A stretch of 64,000 nt of DNA, from NCBI GenBank assembly GCA_000503835.1, contig CP006914.1, positions 529,680 to 593,679 of the forward strand, in the 5' to 3' direction. Positions 11,701 through 19,200 of the stretch are shown in pieces. How positions within the stretch are numbered: position 1 is the first letter of the stretch; each line of letters opens with the position of its first letter. A model generated the notes under the pieces. It was not told the DNA's origin and ran no database searches. It saw nothing but the letters and a program-made list of their open reading frames with translations. A program made the translations under genes and the position numbers. The stretch comes from a candidate division WWE3 bacterium RAAC2_WWE3_1. Its GTDB lineage: Bacteria > Patescibacteriota > WWE3 > UBA101185 > UBA10185.

Positions 11701-14700
11701 AACAACCGGTACCGGAAATGTGGTCTTTTCAGACTCTCCAGTACTAACAACTCAGGCCATGGTTCCTCTAATAGTCGGCGGATCATCGCCCACATCCGTC
11801 CTTACCCTTAAATCCACATCAGGAACCGGAACGACGGACGCCATCGTATTCCAGGTGGGAACAAACGGCGGTACAGAGGCCATGAGAATATTAAATAGCG
11901 GAAATATAGGGATTGGCACCACCTCCAACGCTTATAAACTATTCGTGGACGGATCGTTAAATGCTACTTCCCTGTATCTTTCGGGTTCTCAGGTAACATC
12001 AAGTGCCACAGAACTAAATATACTTGACGGAGCTACCCTTTCCACAACAGAGCTTAATCTTTTAACCGGAAGAAGCGGAACACTGCTTGATTCCGGTAAC
12101 GTGGGAACATACGCCACAACAGCAGTTACCGCAGGTTCAGGTCTATCGGGGGGTGGTACAACCGGCGCCCTAACCATTAATATCGGAGGCGGAAACGGAA
12201 TAACAATAAATGCTGATGATATAACGATAGATGCGACAACCGCTGGGACGACAACCGTCAAATCCAATAATTCCGGTCTTGAGGTGGTGTCAGACGGTCT
12301 CAGACTTCTTGGGGGGTGTGCGAACGGAGAAGTTTTAAAGTGGAATTCAAGTACTTCGGTTTGGTACTGTGCAGTTGACACAACAGGTTCCGGTACAGCT
12401 ACAATCGCAGGATCCGGAATAGCCGGACAATTAACCTTCTTCACCGGCTCCACGGCGGTATCCGGTTCAAATAACCTGTGGTGGGATAACACAGGCGGAA
12501 ATCTTGGAATAGGGACATCAGGACCTGTAGCTAAACTCGAACTTGCCGGCTCCGCTGATACTGAACAATTCGTAATAAAAGCGAACGCCACACAATCTAA
12601 TACGCAGCCACTCATTCAACTGCAATCCCCAACGGGCACTCCTCTGCTCTCCATCACTTCAGATAATGAAACGAACGCCTTCTTTGGATACAGAGCAGGT
12701 TCCGCTAATACATACGGATCTGCAACATCCGGTGGGGGCAACACATTCATAGGCTATCTTTCGGGATCTTCAAATAATGCAGGTTACCAAAATACATCTG
12801 TAGGTGGAGAGGCCTTGTCTAGAAACACGACAGGAGTCTATAATAGCGGACTTGGTTATCAATCACTTTACTCAAACACAACGGCAAACTATAACACCGC
12901 GGTTGGGTTTCAAGCACTTTACTCAAACACACTCGGGAGTGCTAACATCGGGGTTGGCTTTGGCGCAGGAGTATACAACCAAACGGGTACCGGAAATTTG
13001 TTTTTGGGACATAAGGCCGGGTACGGGGGAGCAGCAAGGACAGGCTCAGACTTCAACGCAGCGGTGGGTTACGAAGCGGGATACAGTCTATCCGCAAACT
13101 CCGATAGCAACATATTTTTAGGTTACAGAGCAGGATACAATGAAACAGGTTCTAATAACTTGTATATAGACAACACCTCATCTCCTGCAGATACAGCCTT
13201 TATTTATGGTGACATGGGCCTCGATCGATTAACCTTTAACGCTAATGTTGGAATAGGAAAAACATCCCCCACAGCGTGGCTTGATGTCGCAGCAGCAACA
13301 ACAGCTAAACCTTCCATAAGGGTAGCAACGGGTGCTGAACCTTCCTCCCCTGTAACCGGAGACATATATAACAATGGAACGTCCCTTTACTACTACAATG
13401 GAACAGCCTGGAAGGATCTTACGGCTACAGGAGCAGGTGGTGGTCTTGCTGGCTCAGGAATCGCCGGACAACTCACATTTTTCACCGGATCCACAGCAGT
13501 ATCCGGTTCAAACAATCTATGGTGGGATTCCGGTAACTCAAGACTGGGAATCGGAACATCCGCTCCTTTAACCTCAATCGATGTATCCGGAACCACGTGG
13601 CTTAGAGGTCTTTCGGCAAATTCGGGACTATTTGTAAACCAGTCAGGATATACCGGCATAGGTACAACAAGCCCAATCTCGAAACTCCAGGTGGAAGGAC
13701 CCACATGGCTTAGAGGCGGCACTGGTGTCGCCGGAGCAAAAGGTGTCTATATAGATGCCAACTCGAATCTCGGTATCGGAACAACAAATCCCGGGTATTT
13801 ACTCACCTTAAATACCACAACCGATCAGCACGCAATAGCTTTCCTCGAAGGAACAACAAACAGGGCGTTCTTCGGACTGGCCGCATCTGCAGGTCAGTTT
13901 GCTGCAGGTTCTCGTGATAACGACCTTATTTGGAGATCTGAAAGTGGCAGTAACCAGCTTTGGACCACAGACGGAGGTACTACCGCAATGGTGACCCTTA
14001 ACTCAGGGGGTAACCTGGGAATAGGAACAACAGCTCCTTTGGCATGGTTCGATGTTAAGGGCGCTACAACATCCGAGGCATCTATAAGAGTGAGAAGCGG
14101 GACCCAGCCTTCGGCGCCTGCAACGGGCGATATTTATAACGACGGCGACCAGCTCTTCTTCTACAACGGAACTGCATGGCAGGATCTTGGGGCGACGACC
14201 GCGGGGGGCGGCGGTATCGCAGGATCCGGAATAGCCGGACAATTAACCTTCTTCACCGGCTCCACGGCGGTATCCGGCTCAAACAACCTGTTCTGGGATA
14301 CTTCAAACTCAAGGCTGGGAATAGGAACATCCGCTCCTGCGTCACAACTCGCACTGCTTAGCACTGACACAACAAACGGTCAATTTAGAATAGGCTACGA
14401 TGCCTCTAACTATACTAAGTTCACAACCGACTCCGTCGGTAATCTGACCCTTAATAACAACGGCACCAACGTGGTCAAGTTCGGCGCTACCAACACCGAA
14501 TTCTATACACCTACAACCTTCTCGGCCGCAGGCGATGTGTCTATGGCCTACGACCTCATATTTACAAATGCGACAAGCTCTGAGCTCAGATCATACGGGC
14601 CTCTCAGCATAACGGCGGGAGAAACATACGGCAGCAGCAACCTCACGCTTAAGACCTATAACTCAGGTGACATTGTGGCTGACCTAACAGGAACAGGCAG

Positions 14701-16144
14701 GCTCAGACTAAACGGGGCGGATACCACACTGCTCTTCGACACAAAGACTGCCACCGATACCGACTACTGGATGGGTGTAATAGACGACGCCGGCGGCGAC
14801 GATGACGACATGTTCGCCATAGGAAAAGGTCTTTCCAACTCGTCAAATATTTACCTCTCGATAGCTTCCTCAGGATGGGTCGGCTTAGGATTGCCAGCTA
14901 CAAGTGCTCCTACAGCAACACTTGACGTAAACGGCGGAGCAAGATTTAGAGGAATCGGTTCCAGCGCTTATGTCGGAGCTGTGAATTATGCAACGGGCGG
15001 TGTATTAACTACAGCAACATCAGACGCCAGGCTCAAGACAAACGTTACAACAATAGACAATGCCCTCGACAAAGTAACAAGACTAAGAGGCGTCACATTT
15101 AACTGGCTCGACCCCAACGCACCTAAACGTATGACAGGTATGATCGCCCAGGAAGTTGCTGATGTTATGCCCGAGCTTGTGTTCCAAAACCCGAACGATG
15201 GTTACTATGGATTGTTCTACGGCGAAACAACAGGCTTATTAATTGAAGCCACAAAAGAGCTAAATACAAAACTACTTGCCTTAGAATCAGGCCTAACAAC
15301 CTACACAACAACCGCTGACGGAACCCTTAGTACAATAACTACAAGCACCGACAGCAACCTGACCAAACTTAACACCCTGGAAACTGACGTGACCGCCCTG
15401 CAAACAGAGGTCCTGTCCATAAAAGAGCTGTTAGCTCAGGCCGCTCCTCAAAGCTCACAAAGTAGCGCTACTGTAGCCACTACACCCGAAGGAATGCTAG
15501 CCGAGATGTACAAAGTCTTTGAAGACCTCAAAGCGTTCGTCGCGGCTCTCGGTCTATCAAACAATGGAAACGCCCTCGCGGTATCAACCGACCTTAACGT
15601 ACTTGGCGACACCACCTTATCTAACCTAACCGTAACCGGTGATATAAGTGCAGGATTAATGAAACTCGACACACTCAACAATGTGTTCGAGGTGGCCGGT
15701 CCTTCCTGCTACAACGAGCTTACCGGTACAACCAATACAACTCTCTGCACCGATCAAACAATGTACCTCCAGAAATCACTGGCAGGAAATGTTGACGTCC
15801 TCAACGGAGCCTTGGTTGTGGAACCCAACGGAAACGTTACCGTCAAAGGCACTTTACTGGCTCAGAAAGTGGAAACCACAGATATATCAACCGAAAACGT
15901 GACTATAAAAGCTGCTTCAAAGTCGGTCGGAAGCGGGACAATAACCTCAGGACAAACTCAAATTGTGATAGATAACACACTGATAAAGACAGGGTCGAAG
16001 GTATTCGTGACCGCCACATCCAGTACTAACGGGCAGGCTTTGATTGTTAAAGAAAAACTTGATGGGGTGTCGTTCACGGTAGCCGTCGATCGACCGGTCC
16101 CGGGAGATGTAGCCTTCGATTGGTGGATTGTAAATGTTGAATGA
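2720..16144 (+). CDS. Giant (4474 aa) membrane-anchored surface protein: N-terminal MerR/excisionase-type HTH, one TM helix, tandem phage-tail-fibre-like repeat modules, YadA-like repeats, a parallel beta-helix block and an internal peptidase-S74 intramolecular chaperone (self-cleaving) domain
   Basis: A 13.4-kb ORF with no stop codon. Approximate amino-acid positions of the named elements:
- aa 25-72, HTH: VKVSEAANLLSVSSSTLRRFEAEGKITSRRLDNNYRVYDISEV.
- aa 146-162, hydrophobic helix: IAGVSFAAVLILIGL.
- Seven or more copies of a ~150-aa module: TSSATELNILDGA..ELNLL.GRTGTLVDS.NV..YA.T...AGSGL.GGTGPGATT...G.G.GI...AD.I..D....G.T.V.S.NSGLE......GLRLLGGC.
- IGIGTT.P...LDV.G motifs typical of tail fibres.
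- nt 7380-7870 and 12640-13200: YadA-head-like N.A.G..A repeats.
- nt 10100-10760: beta-helix repeats (NNTI.NSS...I, ISITNNNISSG).
- nt 15020-15260: SDARLKTNVTTIDNALDKVTRLRGVTFNWLDPNAPKRMTGMIAQEVADVMPELV, matching the S74/CIMCD consensus of tail spikes and endosialidases. Confidence 0.85.
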   Translation: MEISAQNNKKNYSKSDSNVFRSEGYVKVSEAANLLSVSSSTLRRFEAEGKITSRRLDNNYRVYDISEVARFKKILNEEKQTRKKSYVTVNDTPVFQNKTPVKAHGFTWPKINASFPKINETYSNVSQNFEQHSTLKAAAKFFKTAKIAGVSFAAVLILIGLSENVRFTDNVIEILSFTMSRQIETGEKGYEVIGLTLGSKDKVTSYIYNINVPANFRRNVNIDETLRVTGLSSLLGGIETQDADANLGTGTLTTGRIDMTGEASLNNLLVINDVTETTLEEFIDINGDVVGTGLNDVKVVGLGGIEVGDLDTDDGNILMIEGGSWASLPTSSITSLGTITTGVWNGTPIAPGYGGTGLSSITAGSILIGGSGNTMSTLAIGSANQTLISSGSAPVWTNSDAFVSSYAWLLTGNTGTDSTTDFIGTTDNTGLTIRTNDVERVTIAADGNVGIGGTDPQFSLHVGNGSSSAAWIVGQQESGYIEGDLEVAGTIYGTFVGPITTVGYQPNAVFYSDSAGTMTTDNTLLSFNETTAVLLVNGTLNTSLFKIGGTSVTSSATELNILDGALISTTELNLLDGRIGTLVDSSNVSNYAITSVVAGSGLIGGTGPGATTLHVGVGNGISIAADSIAIDTTTTGVTAVSSSNSGLEASSDGLRLLGGCGSNQILSWDATGQVWKCASVSGIGGITGAGASTQVAFWDSASSLTGNNSLWWNNTSTRLGIGTSAPLYTLDVNGTARIGSLSAGSGNSIVLQNAGVLETRDVDSRVWGTSLVDGTSLTANYLARISDANTLITGMVYDNGSFVGIGTTQAGYLLNIGGSLNTSALFIAGSAVTSSATELNILDGVTATTSEINMLAGRTGTLVDSNNVGSYAVTAITAGSGLTGGTGPGATTINIGAGNGLIVSADSIAIDSATTGLTAVTSSNSGIEVTADGIRLLGGCSLNQVLAWDNTSQTWKCSSVSGLGGVTGTGTDNYLARWDGTSALQNSSVFAADSGNVGIGTSGPGYNLDVAGSANVSNLFIAGNLVSSSATELNILDGALVSTAEINLLDGRTGVLLDTSNVSTQLSTWDQLASDDLTTATGFSGDVSGPYNDLQIQTGVVGANELAATSVSAGTYGSTSGVSTFTVDADGRLTSAGNTTLSGAGITDNTIEEVDLEVTNAGVNGYVLTYDNATGGFTWVSSAVMGTNYWQRIGSNLVPLTVTDYVTTNGRIGAGTTSPSYTLDVNGTARIGSLSAGSGNSIVLQNAGVLETRDVDSRVWGTSLVDGTSLTANYLARISDANTLITGMVYDNGSFVGIGTTGNSGYILNVAGSANVSNLFLAGTLVSSSATELNILDGATLSTTELNLLTGRTGTLVDSNNVGSYAVTAITAGSGLTGGTGPGATTINIGAGSGISLAADSITLDTDTTGTTSVTSNNSGLEVTGSGLRLLGGCSDTQILKWNSTASVWYCSSDSTGTSGTATIAGSGLATQIAFFSGSTSISGSNNLWWDNTGGNLGIGTSGPAAKLELAGSADTEQFVIKANATQSNTNPLIQLQSSTGTALLDISTDSVENVFIGRLAGSSNTVGAGSSGMYNTFIGSGAGDNNSAGYQNSVLGAYALFGNTYGINNTSMGVYSLFSNTTGNDNVSLGFKAGQYSTTGSYNVFLGTSAGFGVNTTQRALSSYNVAIGNEAGYSLSANSSSNIFLGYRAGYNETGSNKLYIDNGSAPGGSAFIYGDMSSDLLTFNANVGIGKTSPTAWLDISAATTSKPSIRVASGTAPSSPVTGDIYNNGTSLYYYNGTAWQDLGATGTSGTAAIAGSGLATQVAFFSGSTSISGSNNLWWDSGNSRLGIGTSGPAYPLSVLSTAPDVADGRVADVDGTLTSSTNDQQGFKTSVTVTPGASTSKIYSGMQLSLSGNSNTRLTNAIFRGVEGYISYSGSSGILGTGIGGRFRVNNSSTGTITNAYDLYLATPTNTGTITNTYGLYIDSMTAGTQPNKAFGIYQAGSGDRNYFAGNVGLGTTNPASILQVAGNILPSADDTYDIGSSALRWRDVYIGPASLHIGTNQSEATIKYLVGQSSLGFDLDANGVYEFEMGADGKFGIGTTNPNFMLDIAGSASVNTLFLGGSAITATAAELNRLSGGSGNVVDTGNVGSYAVTAITAGSGLTGGTGPGATTINIGAGSGISLAADSITLDTDTTGTTSVTSNNSGLEVTGSGLRLLGGCSDTQILKWNSTASVWYCSSDSTGTSGTATIAGSGLATQVAFFSGSTSISGSNNLWWNSTDSRLGIGTSAPLTSLDVSGTTWLRGLSANSGLFVNASGSIGIGTTNPQYNLHVVGNLGLTGDFYLLGAPSSPSTTEGTMYYDTDDDRLKVYANGKWQSDRTTATVIVAASDSKNKEKADIVADGTNDETDIENAVTNYLPATGGNVVLLDGTYNIGADGIDITKSNVTLTGAGNATVVKRVADSTAVDGTITLGDGGTTAVTNVKITELQVDGQKSAYSSPNNVAIFFNQRVTQSQIEGTYIHDIYSYGIYLKGTTQSVSDNTIHNNTIINSSNPIYVDAGSTSTRAHNISITNNNISSGVAGIYINYAKYFKVSDNKFSNYQYILSVDNSEYGVISGNTTDGSTITGVNTAMVISLGASNYNTIVSNYIYGGSGMGGSAAIYVDNTSTGNYIAGNTLGNNKITDSGIGTIIQQDDRFLVNGYLKATSLYLSGTQVTSSATELNILDGATLSTTELNLLTGRTGTLVDSNNVGSYAVTAITAGSGLTGGTGPGATTINIGAGSGISLAADSITLDTDTTGTTSVTSNNSGLEVVADGLRLIGGCTDTQILKWNASTSMWYCAADSTGTAGSATIAGSGVVNQVSFFSGSTSISGSNNLWWDNSNTRLGIGTSGPLTALDVSGTTWLRGLSANSGLFVNTSGYVGIGTTNPTAPLSVGTGSAFAVSSTGAVTSGSWNGAAISVPYGGTGLTSIAAGSVLAANSVDTLSVITSTSGLKVLQNSAGTTSWATTTGTGNVVFSDSPVLTTQAMVPLIVGGSSPTSVLTLKSTSGTGTTDAIVFQVGTNGGTEAMRILNSGNIGIGTTSNAYKLFVDGSLNATSLYLSGSQVTSSATELNILDGATLSTTELNLLTGRSGTLLDSGNVGTYATTAVTAGSGLSGGGTTGALTINIGGGNGITINADDITIDATTAGTTTVKSNNSGLEVVSDGLRLLGGCANGEVLKWNSSTSVWYCAVDTTGSGTATIAGSGIAGQLTFFTGSTAVSGSNNLWWDNTGGNLGIGTSGPVAKLELAGSADTEQFVIKANATQSNTQPLIQLQSPTGTPLLSITSDNETNAFFGYRAGSANTYGSATSGGGNTFIGYLSGSSNNAGYQNTSVGGEALSRNTTGVYNSGLGYQSLYSNTTANYNTAVGFQALYSNTLGSANIGVGFGAGVYNQTGTGNLFLGHKAGYGGAARTGSDFNAAVGYEAGYSLSANSDSNIFLGYRAGYNETGSNNLYIDNTSSPADTAFIYGDMGLDRLTFNANVGIGKTSPTAWLDVAAATTAKPSIRVATGAEPSSPVTGDIYNNGTSLYYYNGTAWKDLTATGAGGGLAGSGIAGQLTFFTGSTAVSGSNNLWWDSGNSRLGIGTSAPLTSIDVSGTTWLRGLSANSGLFVNQSGYTGIGTTSPISKLQVEGPTWLRGGTGVAGAKGVYIDANSNLGIGTTNPGYLLTLNTTTDQHAIAFLEGTTNRAFFGLAASAGQFAAGSRDNDLIWRSESGSNQLWTTDGGTTAMVTLNSGGNLGIGTTAPLAWFDVKGATTSEASIRVRSGTQPSAPATGDIYNDGDQLFFYNGTAWQDLGATTAGGGGIAGSGIAGQLTFFTGSTAVSGSNNLFWDTSNSRLGIGTSAPASQLALLSTDTTNGQFRIGYDASNYTKFTTDSVGNLTLNNNGTNVVKFGATNTEFYTPTTFSAAGDVSMAYDLIFTNATSSELRSYGPLSITAGETYGSSNLTLKTYNSGDIVADLTGTGRLRLNGADTTLLFDTKTATDTDYWMGVIDDAGGDDDDMFAIGKGLSNSSNIYLSIASSGWVGLGLPATSAPTATLDVNGGARFRGIGSSAYVGAVNYATGGVLTTATSDARLKTNVTTIDNALDKVTRLRGVTFNWLDPNAPKRMTGMIAQEVADVMPELVFQNPNDGYYGLFYGETTGLLIEATKELNTKLLALESGLTTYTTTADGTLSTITTSTDSNLTKLNTLETDVTALQTEVLSIKELLAQAAPQSSQSSATVATTPEGMLAEMYKVFEDLKAFVAALGLSNNGNALAVSTDLNVLGDTTLSNLTVTGDISAGLMKLDTLNNVFEVAGPSCYNELTGTTNTTLCTDQTMYLQKSLAGNVDVLNGALVVEPNGNVTVKGTLLAQKVETTDISTENVTIKAASKSVGSGTITSGQTQIVIDNTLIKTGSKVFVTATSSTNGQALIVKEKLDGVSFTVAVDRPVPGDVAFDWWIVNVE
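6660..8230. repeat. Copy 1 of a ~1.6-kb segmental duplication inside the giant gene: repeat unit, AKLELAGSADTEQFVIKANATQSNT block, YadA-like repeats and a GDIYNNGTSLYYYNGTAW block
   Basis: The domain order and many sequence stretches recur at 11950-13570. For example, 7200-7340 is about 93% identical to 12490-12630. The protein segment NIFLGYRAGYNETGSN.LYIDN...FIYGDM..D.LTFNANVGIGKTSPTAWLD appears at both sites. Confidence 0.8.
11950..13570. repeat. Copy 2 of the ~1.6-kb segmental duplication inside the giant gene
   Basis: See copy 1 at 6660-8230. The modules are collinear and carry patches of near-identity at the DNA level. Confidence 0.8.
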
Positions 16145-16229
16145 AAATAGCCTGTCGGGTACACGGCGTTTTTCATGCTTTGTCATATAGGCCGACAAAT
16201 TTATTTAGACTACAATTGTTAAAAATAAC

Positions 16230-19200
16230 ATGAAAGAGGGATTAAATATTAAAGAAAAAATGAAGAGGGTTCGCAGGAAAATAGTCGGTTTTGGCAAATT
16301 CTCCACACCCTATAGAAAACATGATGTTACTTCTATTTTTGAGGAACGCGAGAGGTCTAAAGACACAGGTAGTAGTATAAAAGCATTTTCAAGCAAAAAA
16401 CTTCAACTCCTATACATAAAAATTATCGCCTTCTTTACGGCTCGAAAACAGAATTGGAGGAATTTCTATACTCAAGAACTGCCTTTTTCAAGAATTTTGC
16501 GTTTTCTAAAGTCGCGCTACCCCACTTACAAAAAGTATCTTGTACCCGTCTCAGTTGGAATGCTTATAGTATTGCTTCCGGTTATCTGGCTGTCTATAAA
16601 AAATCCCGACAAAGTTCGGGCAGATTGGTTTGACGACAACTGGCACTATAGAAAAAAAATTACCATCACAAATAACGGGACGGCTGACGCTGATAAAAAA
16701 ATCCTGTTCGAAACCGACACCTCTGCTCTAATCTCCGGGTCTAAAATGCAAAACACCTGCGCTGACGCCAGGTTTACCGATGTCAATGGTCAGGTATTGA
16801 GATATTACATTGATGCGGCCACCGGAGCGTGCAACACGGTATCCACTGACTTTTATGTCCTTCTACCCACTATAAACGCCGGATCCACGGTTATTTACTT
16901 CTATTACGCAAATACCTATGTAGAGGCGGTTGCTGAAACAAGTCAGTTTTCGCAGGCAACGTTTAGCCCGGCCGGAAGCTCTACAGGCAACGAGTCTGTC
17001 GGCCCCGGACCGGCTGCATACTGGAAGTTTGATGAGGCTTACGATCAGAAGGAGAATACAAAGATTGAACAGGAACTGGAGATTATGACCGTCGGCGAGT
17101 ATTCAACAAGCAGTTATACCGCTTCAATCCCAATTGATATTACCTATAGTGCCGCCCAAAATCTCACAGACTACCAGATTCCTGTTACCTTTTCATATCA
17201 ATCGGGAATGAATACGGATTTTTCGGATATTAGATTTTACAACTCTGCCGGTACAAAACTTAATTATTGGATAGAGTCAAAAACGGACAGTACTACCGCA
17301 AGTGTATGGGTTAAGGTACCGCTAATCTCCGGCAGTACAACGACTACAATCTATCTAAGATACGGAAATTCCGGCTTTACATCCGAAAGCTCACTGGCCA
17401 ACACATTCACGAGCAACTCCGTTCAATTGTTGACAAGTAGATGCCCCAGTTCCAGCACGGCATGCTATTTTTCCGACTCGCATACAGAGTTCGACACTGT
17501 AGCCAGCAGTGTTCAGAACCTCACAAGCGGTTTTGCCGTCGACGGGAGCGGCAGTGTTACTGCGGTTAACAACTCATCAAATCCTTATGGAAGTTCAGAT
17601 AACTATTTTTCCCGATACCGTTTCCTTTTTGTCGCGGATACATCAGGAACTCATGGTTTTTTGGTCAACAGCGATGACGCGAGCGAGCTAAACCTCAGAG
17701 ATGCCATGGATACCGACACTACCCATACTGTACCGGCCTATTGGTATGGAGGCCACGGTAACGCGGGAACGTGCGCAACCAGCGGCACGACCGGTACCAG
17801 ATCCATAAACTCCGGTGAATCCGTTTGGCTGGATTACAGACAGACTGAGGTCGGAAGTGGACAACTGGCACAACTGTGCATCTCTGAGCCGGCCGGAAGC
17901 TATGCAGTGGTAAATACGACAAATTTTCCGGGACAGCTTTACGCTAGGAGTGTGATCACAACCGGATCGGAGCCATCGGTATCCGTTGGTGCTCCACAAC
18001 AAGGTGGATATACGTTCATGCCCACGAATAACTCCCTTGGAATTGTCGGTTATAACCCCTCTCTTTACAGCTCGGTAAGTTCAGTAAATCTGGAAATCGT
18101 TGCCAGTACGGATAACGGAACCACTTGGACTAAATATCGGACAACGGAATCGGGTAATAATCTTTCCTCCTCCACCTACACGGTCAGAGTAAAAGCAGGG
18201 GTCGGTTCGAACACACCACAAGCCGCGTTATATGACACTACAAGTGGCACATCTTTCCTACCGCTGAATTTTGGCACTACGTCGGACACCGAGGTTTCGA
18301 TCAAGAACGCACGGCTTATTATAAGACAGGAAAGTGGCGTCGGAATAACACAAACTGAGACGAAGACGGAGATGGGGAGTTATGAGGCCGGCACAGCAGC
18401 TACATATACTCAACAAACTGACAAAAAAATATACAACTACGATTCAACTAAGTATAACCCCGCCCCTACCAATTTTTTCGAAACTACAGCTAAGGTTACA
18501 AATGACAGTGTTGGGGTAGAACAGCAAATCCCTATAACAAATACGCCTCCTCTGACTACACGTACTACTTCCTACACCCCAACAGACAGTTCACTTGGTG
18601 TCGGCTATTGGGATGCAGACAAATACCCCGGAGGTACCGTTTATCTCGAGGTTGACCACTATAACTATGATTACTCGGATCCGTATATAGCCATATATAC
18701 TGTGTCAGGAACTTATGTGACCGAGTTTCAGGTCAGCCCCGCATCTCAAGGATATATACGATATAGAAGTCCGGCTTTAACTCTAACCGACGATACTGCG
18801 TACACAGTGCGATGGAAGGCTTCAAACGCAGCCCATCCCCAGACACTCTACGCCGCCCGTTTCATAGTTGTTCAGACCGATACCACAAAGATTACCGGAA
18901 CAGAGACACAGGTTGAAATCGGGGCCAATACAACCTCAACAGCAACCTCCTATACAAACTTGACTGACAAAAAAATATGGCGATACGACTCATCCAAATA
19001 CTCTCCCGCTCCAACTACCTATTTTGAAGCGGTGCTATCAAACGACACCGCTGGTCAGACCTCTTACGTAGCTCTTTATACGGATGGGGCAGCTTGTTCC
19101 TCCCAGGTAACGGGATCCGAGATTAGCGTTACGGGGACTACCTGGTCATGGGTAAGAAGTAACAGTATTTCCCTTTCAAGCGGAACCGACTATACGGTTT

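Larger units (their letters stand above)
4350..13600. repeat. Intragenic family of tail-fibre-like coding repeats with patches of near-identical DNA
   Basis: Copies of the roughly 450-bp (150-aa) unit begin near 4350, 5190, 5760 (partial), 6660, 9060, 10790 and 11950. Several stretches are near-identical at the DNA level. A ~240-bp stretch at 4911-5150 matches 6391-6630. A ~370-bp stretch at 6780-7150 is at least 95% identical to 9110-9480. An ~80-bp identical core occurs at 6690, 10830 and 12000. These stretches generate identical spurious minus-strand ORFs, for example MYLWYRYQ... at 6756, 9072 and 10881. Confidence 0.85.

Noticed and set aside
4350-13600. Could the regularly spaced near-identical repeats be a CRISPR array or a satellite?
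   Set aside because: The repeat units are 240-450 bp long, in frame, and encode recognisable protein modules. There are no short (25-40 bp) repeats separated by unique spacers of similar length, and no cas genes are present.
5253-14370. Many 60-200-aa minus-strand ORFs inside giant gene 1, several with identical sequences (for example MYLWYRYQGLLNLRQVRY... at 6756, 9072 and 10881; MVAVPEVPVESEEQYQ... at 6811 and 9127).
   Set aside because: They are antisense to a 13.4-kb uninterrupted sense ORF with clear domain content. Their duplication simply mirrors the sense-strand DNA repeats, and their composition (L/P/R-rich) is typical of antisense frames of Gly/Thr/Ser-rich coding sequence.
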